A DNA stretch of 53,764 bases from Cladosporium halotolerans. Taxonomy: Eukaryota. A program made the position numbers and the translations under genes. Under the pieces are notes generated by a model, which was not told the origin of the DNA, searched no databases, and saw nothing but the letters and a program-made list of their open reading frames with translations. The stretch's first letter is position 1, and every line of letters starts with the position of its first letter. Shown here in pieces: positions 1-12,333 of the stretch. The DNA lies in the NCBI RefSeq assembly GCF_011745625.1, contig NW_027191491.1:124001-177764 (forward strand), given 5' to 3'.

Positions 1-376
1 GTGTCGGCACGCGCATGTTGAGATGAGGTTGACTTTAGCATCGAGAAGCGCGGCGACAGGTATAGATGTCACGTGCGCAGCTTGGCGGTCGGGGGCTTGC
101 GACGCGGTCGAGAGTCCGGGGTGAGAGGGTCAAAGAACACTCCACCGTCTTAGGCTGGCGAGGCACCAGCACAAACATCCACTCCCGCTATCCCTATTCC
201 GCCCTTTACTGTCCAGTACCACCCCGCGCAAGACCGCTTGCTCAAAACTTGTCCACCGATCCGCATCCGCAGCTCCAGGATACTGCGCCCGCTCTGCGAA
301 CAGCTAATCTGTCCGCCGTTGCGTAACCCCTCCACCGCTCTGCCACGAACCCCCTCCCCAACACAACACCGCGACC

Positions 377-1176
377 ATGGCCAACGACGAATACGATGTA
401 TGCACGCATATCCTCCCGCACTCTTGCGCTATTCATCGCTGCTGTCTTGCAGCACATTTATGACGCAGCACTAACAGCTGTCCCTAGTTCCTCTTCAAGG
501 TGGTCCTGATTGGAGACTCCGGCGTTGGTAAATCCAACCTGCTCTCGCGCTTCACCCGTAACGAGTTCAACCTCGACAGCAAGTCCACGATCGGCGTCGA
601 GTTCGCCACTCGCAGCATCCAGGTCGACAACAAGACGATCAAGGCTCAGATTTGGGATACCGCGGGCCAGGAGCGCTATCGCGCCATCACCAGCGCCTAC
701 TACCGCGGCGCAGTCGGCGCCCTCCTCGTTTACGATATCTCCAAGCACCAGACCTATGAGAACGTCACCCGCTGGTTGAAAGAGCTTCGCGACCATGCCG
801 ACACGAACATCGTCATCATGCTGGTGGGAAACAAGAGCGATTTGAGGCACCTTCGCGCCGTGCCCACAGAGGAGGCCAAGGAGTTCGCTAGCCAGAACGG
901 ACTCAGCTTCATTGAGACTTCGGCCTTGGACGCAAGCAATGTCGAGCTGGCATTCCAGAACGAACTTACTGGTAAGTGGGACATTGATGGATAAGAGCTC
1001 GCTGGAAGAGCTTCGAAGAGCAGCGCACTGACAACGCAACAGAGATCTACCGCATCGTTTCCTCGAAGGCCCTCGATCAGGGCGAAGCGAGCAGCGCTCC
1101 CGGCCCCGGCACATCAGTTCCCCTCGGCCCGAGCAACCCGCCTGGCGATGCAAGCAAGAAGGGCCAGTGCTGCTGA
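377..1176 (+). CDS. YPT31: Rab11/Ypt31-family small GTPase, 212 aa, 3 exons (377-397, 488-971, 1043-1176)
   Basis: Spliced product starts [29 protein letters not shown]. It has the effector loop [27 protein letters not shown] and a C-terminal CC prenylation motif. Introns gtatgc..ctaac..tag and gtaagt..ctgac..cag keep the frame. Confidence 0.96.
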
Positions 1177-1648
1177 ACCCACAACTTCAGGGAGACGTTC
1201 TTCACAGCATATGAAACCAATGCGAACGCGGGAGTTAGAGGAGCTGTTTGCGCAGGCGAGCCGGGCGTACAGGCATTGCTGCCCCGATTTCACGAAGTAA
1301 TGCCAAAACAGTCCGGGCTTAGCCGACGGGGATCGAGTGATTACACAGGGTTGCCGCGACGGCGTCTGGCGTTGTGCCGTGGTAGACGGCGGCATGTCTG
1401 CGGAACTGCGGTAATCTCTTGACTATTGAACTTTTTTACTACTTTACGATAGCATGCTGCGAATGTCATTGATCACGTCGAGAAGATGGTGTTTTAGTGT
1501 TCAAAATACTTGATCTCGGTCTGTTCAAATGCTCTCTCGAATCATTCATCTGCCTTGCGTAGCATACCGACGCAGCTCTATCAGCTGGTAGCTTTCTCGC
1601 GCTCGTTGGCGCCTCTGATGATCTTGAGTCACGGCCAACAGCATATCT

Positions 1649-4413
1649 TCAAGGACCAGAGTATCGCTGCTTAATCCTTGCGAGTTTGCCTTCAATTCGA
1701 TTGACACTAGGCATCACGCCCGCGAGAAACTCGCCAATGTCCTGGCGAGCCTTCTTCTCCTGGAGCGACTCAGTTCCACGTTTCCACACGACTTCGAATT
1801 GGCGAGTGATTTCGCAAAGCATCCGGTCCACCTCATCACGAAGAAAAAAAGCGTGTCTCTCAGCGGTTGCTTCAAGAGCCTCGGAAAGCTTCTCCGTCGC
1901 TTGCCCAAGTGGATCGTTGGTTGTGAGGTGTTTGAGTAGATTAGCTGCAAGGCGTTTGCAGACACCTTTGCCTCTGTCCTGCTTGCTAACATCATAGCAT
2001 GGTTGCATTGACTGGGCAAAATGTCCTGTGCACTGATCAAGCGTTACATCAAGCTTCACGTTGGCGAGCGATTGTTGGTACTCTGCTTTGCACCTGCGGT
2101 GAGCTGCTTCGATGCCAACAACATACGCAGACAGAACACCATCGAAAGCTCCAATGGGCAGGGTGATTGAGCCTGGCAGTCGATTGAGTTGGTCAGGTAA
2201 GTCTTCGATCGCTGCAATGAGTTTCTTGACCGGGGCATCGCAGAACTGCTGCGGAGACGGGATCTTCACATCCCACTCCCACGTTATTATGTTCTTGGTT
2301 TGTCTTTCGATGAACCGCTCATTCCAGGATTCATTTCCAATGGCGCAAGTCCGATGCTGGCCACCGTTGCGGAAGAATGCGAGAAAGCTGTTGTGCCACC
2401 ACGGCTCACGGGTGATAGTGTAGTACCATTCCATCATACCGTTCTGTGAATCGCCGTGTGCGTTGCGCATGGCCTGGATAATGCCCGAGCCGAAAGCCTT
2501 GTTTACATCGGAGAGCCCATTATCGATGAGTTCTGGCCAAAGGTCGTTGGTCTTTTGGATAGTGGCAATCAGGCCAGAATGACGCTTGATAGAATAGCCT
2601 TGCGCCCAGCTATGCACACCGCTGAAGAAAACTTTGATCTTGAATAAGAGATGCTCTTCGTAGGTTTCCCAGACCCCGGGAGATGCGAGAGAGAGGGCGT
2701 AAAGCCGCAGCTCTGGGATTCCGGTGTCTTTGATGTCACCAAGTCGCTGACCTTGCGTTTCAGAGCTTTTGAACTCAGAATACTGGTGATTAGAGACGCA
2801 GACAATTCTAAGCTCTGCTCCTTGGGGCATGTATTGCCTCTTTTCGTCCTTCAGGCGTTGGGTAATGTGATGATTGCGAGCATCGATCAGGAATGCGCAG
2901 GCGCGCAGATCCTCCCTGTCAATCTTATCCGCGAGCTCGTCTCCTTCTGTGTAGAGCCTGAGTTTTGTCGATGGGTCCGCGGTTCTGCGCATACGCCTGT
3001 TATTGTCCAATCCGACTTGCAGACTAGCAACGAGGTCTTTGATCTCCCAATAGTCGCCAACACTCTGGCCCTTTGTCTCCATGTCTTCCGCAAGTTCATC
3101 TGTGACCCCTATGTCTATCTTGGTAGCAATGATGGCGAGTTTGTTATGGAAGCGCTCTGCATAGTCGCTGATGGTGCTCTCGAGGTTTTCATCGGTACAA
3201 ATGCGATCCACAGCTGCGACATACCAAAGCGCCTGGCAATTGCGGATCCAGCCATGCGTCGCTTCGACTCTCAACTTGTTAGTGTCGGTAATGCCTGCGA
3301 ACTGATTAGCGATAGAACATATTTGAGGTCATGCGTCTTGTCATACCTGGGAGGTCTACGACTGTGATGTAACGCGAGACACGAGTCGTTGAAACGCCGA
3401 CGTGGACATGATCGACCAACGGCCATAATGAGGGATCCTCATAGGAGTGGTTCGGCGAAGTAAGAGGATCTAGAGCGGACCGCAGATCACGAAGAGATTC
3501 GAATTCAAAGTTCGTGTAACCAGCATCGTCTTCCTGATCGTGAGCTCCGAGGGCTTTATCGCACGACTCGGTCATCATATCAAGCAAGTCCCTTTGGCGG
3601 TTGCTCTGATAGCTCCAAGCCAGCTGCCTTTCTGCCGCGCCTTGGGATTCAAATGAAGGTTGATTGCAGAACAAAGTCCGGAATGTTTGCATGGCAGTGT
3701 TGGCCTGTTGAGCGTATCGATTACGCATATTGTTGTCCCACGCCTCTTCGAACTCGAAGTTGAAAACGTTGTATTGTCGAATCAGCTCTTCTAGCAGCGT
3801 ACGACACTTCGATATCGGGAAGTATCGAATTTTCGCAGCATACTTCTGCGTCTGCCACTGCAGCTTGTGCGAGTAGAGGGTAGGCACGCTCGTACAACTT
3901 TCCCCTGCGGACAGCTTTTGTTTGTCAGTGTAATGTTCATCAACAATTTCGTAGAAACACGTTACCTCCTTTGCCAGACCTGGTTCATCAGTCATTCTAT
4001 TGATGAGAGAGCTTTTCCCTTCCTAGAGTTAGCAAATTATCACAACTTAAGAGCACACTAGTCCATTCCTCACCGTCGCCAGTTGCGCCAACCAGTGCCA
4101 CCATCAACCTTTTTGGGACGGGCAGCTTTTGTAAGGCGTAGGCCTTCGACAACATGTTCTCCAAGTCCTTACTGGCGTTCGTATGCTTGGATAACTCGTT
4201 TCGTGTCCGTTTCACTAAATCAACACATTCTAAGAGCAACTTGTAGACTTTTGGGTCGAAAGCAGGCCGCGTTGGAAAGCCTACTTCCGTATCGTCGCTG
4301 GGAAGGTCATTCAGAAAGTCGTCGTCAATCCCGGACGTCGCAGGCCGCTTCGCGGTGCTCGGAGCACCATCGCCTGGATGCTTGCGTTTTTTTGCTTCGC
4401 TTTTTGGCGGCAT
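1649..4413 (-). CDS. Dynamin-like / nuclear GTPase SLIP-GC-like P-loop protein, ~868 aa, 4 exons (4413-4074, 4018-3966, 3914-3347, 3294-1649)
   Basis: Splicing joins three ORF-track pieces. This gives G1 LVGATGDGKSSLIN, G2 ESCTSVPT, G3 VVDLPG and G4 ATKID, followed by a long helical C-terminus. The N-terminus is basic and NLS-like (KKRKH). Exon lengths total 2607 nt, a multiple of 3. Confidence 0.8.
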
Positions 4414-4819
4414 GCTGGGCGAAGGAAGTAGGGAGAATTCCTCGAGTGAAACGTCCTCTCAAAGCTCCCTGAAACTCTGGTAGAGCTTCTTGTGTACAGT
4501 GCCAGTGCTGGCAACCAGATGGTCAAGGTAACTGTAAGCCCTTGTATAGTCGAGCATACCCTGACAAGTGTAGTGTTGATGGAAGCCAAAGCAAAATACA
4601 AAGCAAGACTTTGGGTCTTGGAGAAGCCTTCACAAGGATGAGAAGGTCGCGGTGAGCGAAATAGGTGATTCGTCTCGTGACATGCAAGCGCCTCACCTGT
4701 ATCACATGTGCAAGCGAACATCCATCACGCTGATGGAGCGAGCCATAAGACACGACACTGAAAGACTATCATGATAGTAGTGACAGGACAACGATATGCT
4801 TTCGTTGGATTATACAGAC

Positions 4820-7800
4820 TTACAAAGCTGAAGCGCCATCAACAAGCGCCACCTTCCAACCGCCCGCAAGCCTCTCAATTTCATCCTCACCAAGAAGTCT
4901 CGACATGCGGTCCTCCAGACTCTCCATCACTTCCCGATCGCCATAAGCCCTCACACGCTTGTTGCTTGCCTCATTGATCCGCTTCACTTCGTAGCCCAGC
5001 ACGCCCGCCTCCCACTGCACGCCACATGACTTGCACGTGATATCGCTGCCTTGGCTTGAGACAACGGCCGCTCGACCGCAGCGGAAGCAGTGAAAGTCAC
5101 AGCGCTCGCAGACGCCCCGCTGCCGCTCATTGCCATCGAGGTTCGGACGAATCGGCGCCGCGCACTTCTCGCACCTAGCATGAGACCCGCCCGCGCCAGC
5201 GCGCACCTCTCACAGGCAGGAAGGCCTCGTTTCGACGGCGCAGCAGGGCCCGTACAAGCGGAGCATTTGCTAGTCAGGCCCGCCTCGGCAATCTCCGCAT
5301 TGGTCATGTCGGCTACGTCGAGAGGTTGGTGGTGAGCTCGAAGGCGCCCGGGAATGCGCTGCTCTGAGCGACGGTCGTCGGGTGCCTCGCCGTCGTCGTC
5401 CCCAGCTGGAGGGAGGTAGTTGCAATCGAGCCTGCAGCGCTGAGTCGCGTTGGCGAGCATGTTCTTTTTCCACGCGTGGCGGTCGTCGCGGAACTGTTTT
5501 TGCTGGACTGACGCTTTGGCTTCGAGAGGTTGATACTCTGCTTGGTTCTTTCGAGCCTTTTGGAGCGCACCTTGCACGACGTCGACGCGCGCTTCAGCCG
5601 CCTTCTTTGCATTTTGGTGATCGAGATTGTCCATAAGGGGAAGCATCGAGTTGAACTGTACCAAATCCGCGAGATCGATCTGTTTCTGCCGCTCGAGCTG
5701 GGCGATGTAGCCGTCCGGCGGGTTCATGAACGGACCGCTGTAGCGAGGCCCTTGAGCTGCTTGCTTCACGGGCAGAATTCCCATAGGCTTGAGCTCGATC
5801 TGGCCAGTCTTTACAAGCTCACGCGCAGTCGCGAGCTTGTCTTCAGTTTTCGGGGGGACCGGGGCCGGATAGAGATCGAACTTCTTGGCAGCCCTCACTG
5901 AGCGACCTTCTCTGTCAATGCCGAGGAGATTGAGCTGCCCCTGGTCTTCCCCAATGAGCAAGTCGCGGTAGTCCGGGCTGAAAGCACCTGACATGATGGC
6001 CGAGTTGAACGTTGCCACGTCTTTGACAAGTGCATCTTCTGTGGTCTTGTAAGGATTCCAAATTTTCAAAGTGCCGTCTGAAGAGCCAGAGTATAGACGA
6101 TTGCCGGTAGCAGACCAAGACAGAAAGCGTACGCCAGTATCAGCAAGCTCCAGATCTCGGTCGTGGTCGAGAACGTTCTTCGTCTGACCATGGGAGAATA
6201 CGTGTAACGGTGACTGATTGCGGTTCGCGTATCGCTTGTCCCAAAGGTAGACTTTCCCATCGGTTGCTCCTGCGGCGATCAAATTATCGTCATGAGGACA
6301 ATAGAGTACATCGTTGATGTCGAATGCAGGGCAATCCCACTGCAAGACACGGGAGGCGCGTCCCTGGTTCGGTGCAAAACATTGTATTGTACTGCGGATG
6401 CGTTTATTCGCGTTGGTACCTGCGACTGCGAACAAAGTCGACCCAGAACTCGGGGATGGATTCCAAGCGACATCGAAGACATTTCTCGCAGTGGGGAGAG
6501 GCATCTTCTTCTCAGCTGTGGAATCCCACAAGCAGACCTCGCCTGCGGTGACTCGGTCTTCTTCGAAAGAGTCACTCGCAAAGCCAGCGAGCAGCAAGTG
6601 ACCATAGGAGCCGGAGCCCCATTTGAGGGCGGAGGGGAAAATGGGTAGCGATGACTGGACATCCGCGCGGCCTGGCCCAATATCGCATACGGCGGAGAAG
6701 CGATCGTCAGAACAGCGTAGCACCGATATACTACTGTCGTTTGAGAGATGGCACCCTGCCGCCAGAAGACCGTTTCTATTGGTAGTCAGTAATGCGACTT
6801 CGGCATTCTGCCGATGAGTATGAAGACGACGCCCGTTCGAGGAGTCGTACATGCGTACAACGCCATCGCTGCCACCAGTATAAAGGGTGTTTCCATCCTC
6901 AGAGAAGCCAAGAGCTGCTACAGTCTTGAAGAGTCTAGGGTCTTGGGTCTCTTGCATTGCGTGGAGAGAATTCACGTTTCGTGGATCCGTGACAGCCGGA
7001 CGCTGGACGTGATGCTCCGGTAGCTCTTGCAGGCTGTTCTTGTCGACATTGCCTAGCAACAGGTTGTTTGGCCTGTTATACTGCATGCTCCGATCGTCAT
7101 CGATCGCAATTGCCCCAGCAGCAAATCGATTGCCGTCTTTTGCCCATGCAACACAAGTCACATCTCGCGAGGCACCATGAAAATATCGCCTCGGACCAAT
7201 GGAATCGAAGACGTGGTTTTGCAGTTCGTCGGATATTGTCATCCTGGAAGAAGAAGACCAGGCACGGCCACCATGGCTACCCAATTCTCGACAGCGTAGG
7301 AGTCGCCTGATGGATGAGGGATGGGTGACATCTGGAGTGTTGGCCGGAGATTGAACGGGTCCAGCTTTGCGTGCCACAGGGACATAGGAATCATCCTCGC
7401 TAGCCTCTCCATCCCATTTCTTGGATTTGATATCAGCCCAAGATACGAAGCCGTCGTTCCTGGAAGCCGTTCTCGCCTGTCGGCGTGCTCGCATTGTGTG
7501 ATTCGGGACCTCCGAGGTTGTTGCGTGGCTTGACACTTGGTCATCTGGCGAATCCCGATATCTTGCCCTCGATGCCACAGGCTTTCTGTTTTTCAGTCCT
7601 GAGTAGCGTACTTGCAAAGAGCCTCGGGTTCTCCCACTGAAATACCTGGGCATTTGGTCCCATGTGATTCCATTCTGCTCTTTCAGCATTATGAGCCGCT
7701 GGTCTTCTTCTGCACTATACCGCGTACCGAAGCCGCCACCAGGGTTACTGCTTTGCGGTTCGCAGACTTTCGGTGTAGATGTATTAGTCGCAGCGGGGAC

Positions 7801-9126
7801 GGCAGGTCGAGAATCTTGATACACTGGCTCTTTGGGTGCAAGCGGAGCTGGTGTATCCTCGTGAGTAGGTATTGGAATACTACTTGTAGGAGTCGGTTTT
7901 TCTGTAAATACAGATGCGAGAGAAGGCTGTTTTGTGGTCACTTTAGCAGGTATCACATCCGGACAATCCTCGCTGCTCTCTCTTGAGCTTGGAGGGTGCT
8001 TTTGCGCTGCAGCTTCCGTACTCATGTCGAGCTTTTGCTTGGCCTCGATGCTCTTGCGGATCGCAGAGCTGCGCGAAGCCGTTTGCTGCGATTCAACTGG
8101 AGCTTGGTATGGTTTAGCAGTCAAGTCCAAGCTTTCGCGTGACTGCCTGACGCCCTTGGAGGCACCATTGCTGCTGTTGAGCATGGACGTGGACGAAAGT
8201 CCTCCCAACGGCGCGATTACGTTCCGTTCAGTCACTCTAGTTGGTGCATAGACGACCTGCTCGCTTGCGATGAATGTGTCCTGCAGAGGTGGTTGTACGG
8301 CGGCAGGATCTGGTATCGGCGACACAGCAGCTGCGGAAACGCGACGCGCCTGTCGCACACCCTCAAAAATCTCAGTATCCTTATACCCGGTGTCCTTTGA
8401 ACGTTTAGCTACTGGCTGAGTAGCATTAGGTACAGGCGAGGAAGGCTTCCTCTTCGGCGGAACCGTAGGACCAACAGCCGTGGCTTTCGACGACGACGAT
8501 GCTGCAGTCGCTGGTGCCAAAGGTTTGCGAGAATCCCATACTGTATTTGCTGCCGGCGGCCCATCTTTTGTATCCGCGGTTGAGCCATGACCCCGTGTCG
8601 GCCGAGAACCTCCCTTTCGTGCTGTCTCTTTCTGATAATACTGTACAAATTTCCTCACACGTTGCGCATTTCCTACAATATCTGTGTTCTGACTTCTAGG
8701 CTGTTGGACCCTATTCGTGCTCGCTCGGTAGCTGTCAAGCGGTGCAGGGATGGCCCTGGCGTTCACGTAATTGTCGAAGGCATTTGGGCTAGCATAGCGC
8801 TGGTGCTGCGTCGCAAGCAGCGAATTCATACCCGAAGCGTTCTGTGCATTCTGTCGCAGAATGTCTGATATGGACTCATTCTGAGACGGATGTCGGAATG
8901 CCCCAGTCGCAGTCGGCGGCAAGGTGTTATACAAACGGGCGTCGTTGGTCGGCGGATGTGCGTGAGGCGTTTGAATTACTCCATGGTTCTGAAACGTAGG
9001 TCGAGCATGACCCGACGAGTTCTTCTCTTTCCTTGGGCCGAATGCTTGTAGCGTCGAGGTAGCTGCCTTTTGTGTCGAGGCTTCGTCCTCACTGTCGGAT
9101 ATGAGATCGATGATCTCTTGTGCCAT
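4820..9126 (-). CDS. Myb-like + WD40 protein with Cys-rich C-terminus, Raf1/Dos1/DIM-9 (DCAF)-like; apparent 1-nt frameshift near 5180
   Basis: ATG at 9126 and a disordered N-terminal half. Then a Myb/SANT-like motif (YSAEEDQRLIMLKEQNGITWDQM..FSGRTRGSLQVRY) and WD40 repeats (YNRPNNLLLG, DGKVYLWDKR, SGSSDGTLKIWNPY). CxxC pairs continue in the shifted frame of ORF 4820-5206. The family call is from memory of motifs. Confidence 0.75.
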
Positions 9127-9935
9127 TTCGGTTCATGCGTTGATGGTTGGCGGTCATGCTGCGATGTCGCGAGGTAAATTTGGGATTGCTGTGATCCAGC
9201 ACAGCGAAGAAACAATCGCTAAGCCAAAGGTACAGAATGTGCGAGGGACTTGGGTGTCGCGCATGTGAATGCACAATTCGCGAAGTTGAAGTCGCGACGT
9301 CAAGTCGCGTGAAGTGCTTCGCGGGGCACGCGCGACGGGGAGCCATCTGGCGAGAGTTCTAGAGCCTGCAACATGGAATCTTAACATCACTTCAAGCTCA
9401 CACCGTTTGGTAGGGCTACTAGTAAAATACCAGTGCTGTCCATCGTAGATATAACCGAAGTCTTTCGGTGAACTTCACGCTGCCCAAATGCAATGACCCA
9501 TGATGTGGTATAGAAACTGGCTTCGTTCAAAGAGAAACGGACATAAATTGGGGTTCTTTGAAGGCGTTATATATGCATACACACAAGAGCGTATGACTAC
9601 TAGTGCAAGAAACCCGATACCTCTTGATCTGCCTCGCAACGCTCATTCCGGCCAGCGCCTCCCTGGTTCTGAGGCATCTTCAGTAAGATTTGTATGCGAC
9701 GAAGATCAGCAGCGGTGGCCCTCGAGCGGTATTGATGCCACTGCAGAGGCTCACACACTCATCCCGTCGCTCGTGTTCGATTCAGGCCGAATCATACATT
9801 CGCGCCGTCCAGGGTTCCATCGTTCTCTCAAGCGCAAGGCGAGCCGTAGTACTCTGTTCGCAAAGTCGTCCTTTTGCGATGCTAGCCTCCCAGTCCATGG
9901 CCAATATCAGATCCTTTAACCATTGATTGGGGCCT

Positions 9936-10204
9936 TCATTTTGCAACATCTTTCTTTCCCTCTTCATCACCCATGACTTCCTTCCAAGCCAAATCAACTC
10001 TGCGCCTCAGGCTCTCTTTGGACTGCTCGAAGCTCTTGCCTTTTTCCTTCTCTTCGCGGTTGATCCTGACGGCGGCGGCGGTGATGCCCACAGACATGGC
10101 GAAGATAGGGTCCAGAGTCCTGGCGAAATGGGTTAGAACACTAGTTTGGTGATTAAGAGGAGGCTTCGGGGCGCATACTTGGAGATGAGGAATGGATAGG
10201 ACAT
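9936..10204 (-). CDS. NCE101: Non-classical export protein 1 (NCE101)-family microprotein, 69 aa, 2 exons (10204-10179, 10119-9936)
   Basis: Spliced sequence is MSYPFLISKTLDPIFAMSVGITAAAVRINREEKEKGK..., with the Y/FLISKxLDPxFA motif and one hydrophobic helix. The 59-nt intron reads gtatgc..ctaac..cag. Confidence 0.8.
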
Positions 10205-11089
10205 ATTTGCGCCGTCGGTCGCCTGACTTGTAACGTTCTTCGCTCTGGATACGCAGACAATGCCCCTGCTCTGTTTGGCCTGCGCCTGGTAAATGCTGCT
10301 CAAAAGCTCGGCGACTGACAAACGACTCCAATCGCGCCTCGGTCTGCCGAAATGGCCTCTGCTCGCCCGGCCTCACCAAGCTTGCCTCACCTCAGCTAGC
10401 GCCGGCCTTGCCCTTAGCTCCATCGCGCCGTTTTGCGGGGACGAACGAAGCGCGGATGACGCCAACGCCCAGGGTCGGAGGCTGTCACATGAGAGACTCC
10501 GAGCTAGCAGGCCGGGTCAGCGCGCCAGCCACGCGCGCGGCCAACGGCGGAGGGGAGGATGATTCACACGCGCTGGGGCAGGCGGTGTTGTGCGAGGGGA
10601 TGGCGGCACGAGGGGCCGCAAGGAAGCGTGTGATTTTGGGAGCGGGTCACGGATCTACGTCACGGACACGCTGATGGTTCGAGGGGAAGTGGACAAGGCA
10701 GAGGAATGGGCATTAACTCCAGCTACAGACTACTTCGAGCCGGATGCATCGAGGGCCAGGGAATGTTGTGAAAAGGCGGCGAATGGTCTTCTTCGCGAGG
10801 CGGTTCTGCTCCCGCCGTCCTCACCGCCTTTTCGTGCTGTGTCCTCCGCCGGCTTTGCTGGGGGTTGCTGGCATTTGGTATCGCGTATCCTCTCGTAAAA
10901 CATGTGGGTTCAAAGGCCAACATTCCTCTCTCGCACTATCCGCTCTCTCTGTCTGCATGTCCCAAGAAAGTTCAAGAAGCACGCAAGTTCTCGCAGCCCT
11001 GGTCGAACGCCTGTGTAACGCAAGGAAATCCGGTTGTTGGTAGGGTTGGGCTGAGGGCGGAGCGCGACCGTCGCAGACTCGATGGCCGT

Positions 11090-11617
<528 letters not shown>

Positions 11618-12333
11618 TGTGGTGATGGTGTTGTGGTTTGTGTTGATGGATCTGTTGAGGTAGCGGAATGTAGGTCGTAAATCGAAGTTCGGTGGTTAAT
11701 GTTGTGGTTGCTGTGGTGGTGAAGTGGTAGGTAGGTGACGGCAAGGCAGGACCGTGGGGGACGCAGCTAAGGTGGCGGAGAGCTGGCTGGAGTGGGGCCA
11801 AGCGCCTATCAGCCGCCACTTCGACTCTGCCGATAGAGAGCGGTGGTGAAGGTCAGGTACCTGGTGAGTGAGTGACTTGCACGCGCCTTAAGTGAGTGTG
11901 ACTGTGATGCTCTTCACTGGCGGATATGCCACGAAATCGGCACACTTTTCTACGACACGCCTCTGCGCACGCGATCTCTGTCACGTGAATCGTCCTGCTA
12001 TTTGCGGTCACTGAGCACAAAGGCGTCAGGCGTCATTCTGGCTGCCTGGCTTTGTCAGCCTCACCGCTCACAGCTCAGCTTCACCGCACTCCTTTGACTT
12101 CATCACCGCTCTGCCTCAGTCATTTCCGTGACAAACGGGTCTGAGACTGTAATACTGATGGTAAATCTCGTTGTGACCCTGATGATTGATCATTCTGTTC
12201 CGAATGATCGTTTCATTAATTGAAGATGTCAAGCCTACGTCCTCCTGTCTTGGACATAGAGCTGTAGTCGCGCGGAGCGATTTGTTTCCTGTGCTATCTA
12301 AGTTTTGTTTATGCAATGGTATTGGTACAACTA

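Noticed and set aside
9350..9930. AT-richer segment with a 139-aa ORF, and a TpA-rich patch at ~23530-23640, as possible RIP-degraded transposon relics
   Set aside because: No terminal repeats, target-site duplications or transposase/RT remnants are visible, and the patches are too short to call.
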